Positions 63,999 to 64,000 of a DNA stretch of 64,000 bases are shown here, one piece after another. The notes below the pieces were generated by a model, which was given only the letters and a program-made list of their open reading frames with translations, searched no databases and was not told where the DNA came from. Origin of the DNA: Mobula birostris (Eukaryota); assembly GCF_030028105.1 (NCBI RefSeq), contig NC_092374.1:56305016-56369015 (forward strand). Reading direction: 5' to 3'. Both the position numbers and the translations under genes were made by a program. Positions within the stretch are counted from its first letter, which is position 1. Every line of letters starts with the position of its first letter.

Positions 63999-64000
63999 TT

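Overview
Gene-free, repeat-saturated vertebrate DNA. The repeat content (CR1 LINEs with (TTCTATG)n-type tails, Penelope-like elements, V-SINE/HE1-like and Deu-type SINEs, Rex1/Babar and RTE LINEs) suggests a cartilaginous fish, probably a ray; this is inference. No host exon could be supported. All long ORFs are retrotransposon-derived: a nearly complete CR1 ORF2 (60698-63562, RT motif FADN), a 5'-truncated CR1 (25930-27594), a near-full-length frameshifted Rex1/Babar LINE, an RTE LINE with TSD, several Penelope-like (PLE) fragments, a decayed Gypsy integrase and two solo LTRs. A 13.1-kb block (32731-45872) is repeated almost identically at 46852-59992 across a 13-N gap and is probably an assembly duplication. 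The most interesting signals are: (i) minimal type-I hammerhead ribozyme motifs in the PLE pseudo-LTRs; (ii) a recurring PLE insertion architecture with the extreme 3' tail inverted at the 5' end, including a 5-kb TSD-flanked PLE/Rex1 composite; (iii) a 417-bp TSD-flanked non-coding element with an RTE-like leader; (iv) a 39-bp E-box/CCAAT minisatellite that arose inside a SINE. I see no evidence for a new protein-coding system. All family assignments come from reading motifs by eye, not from database searches.
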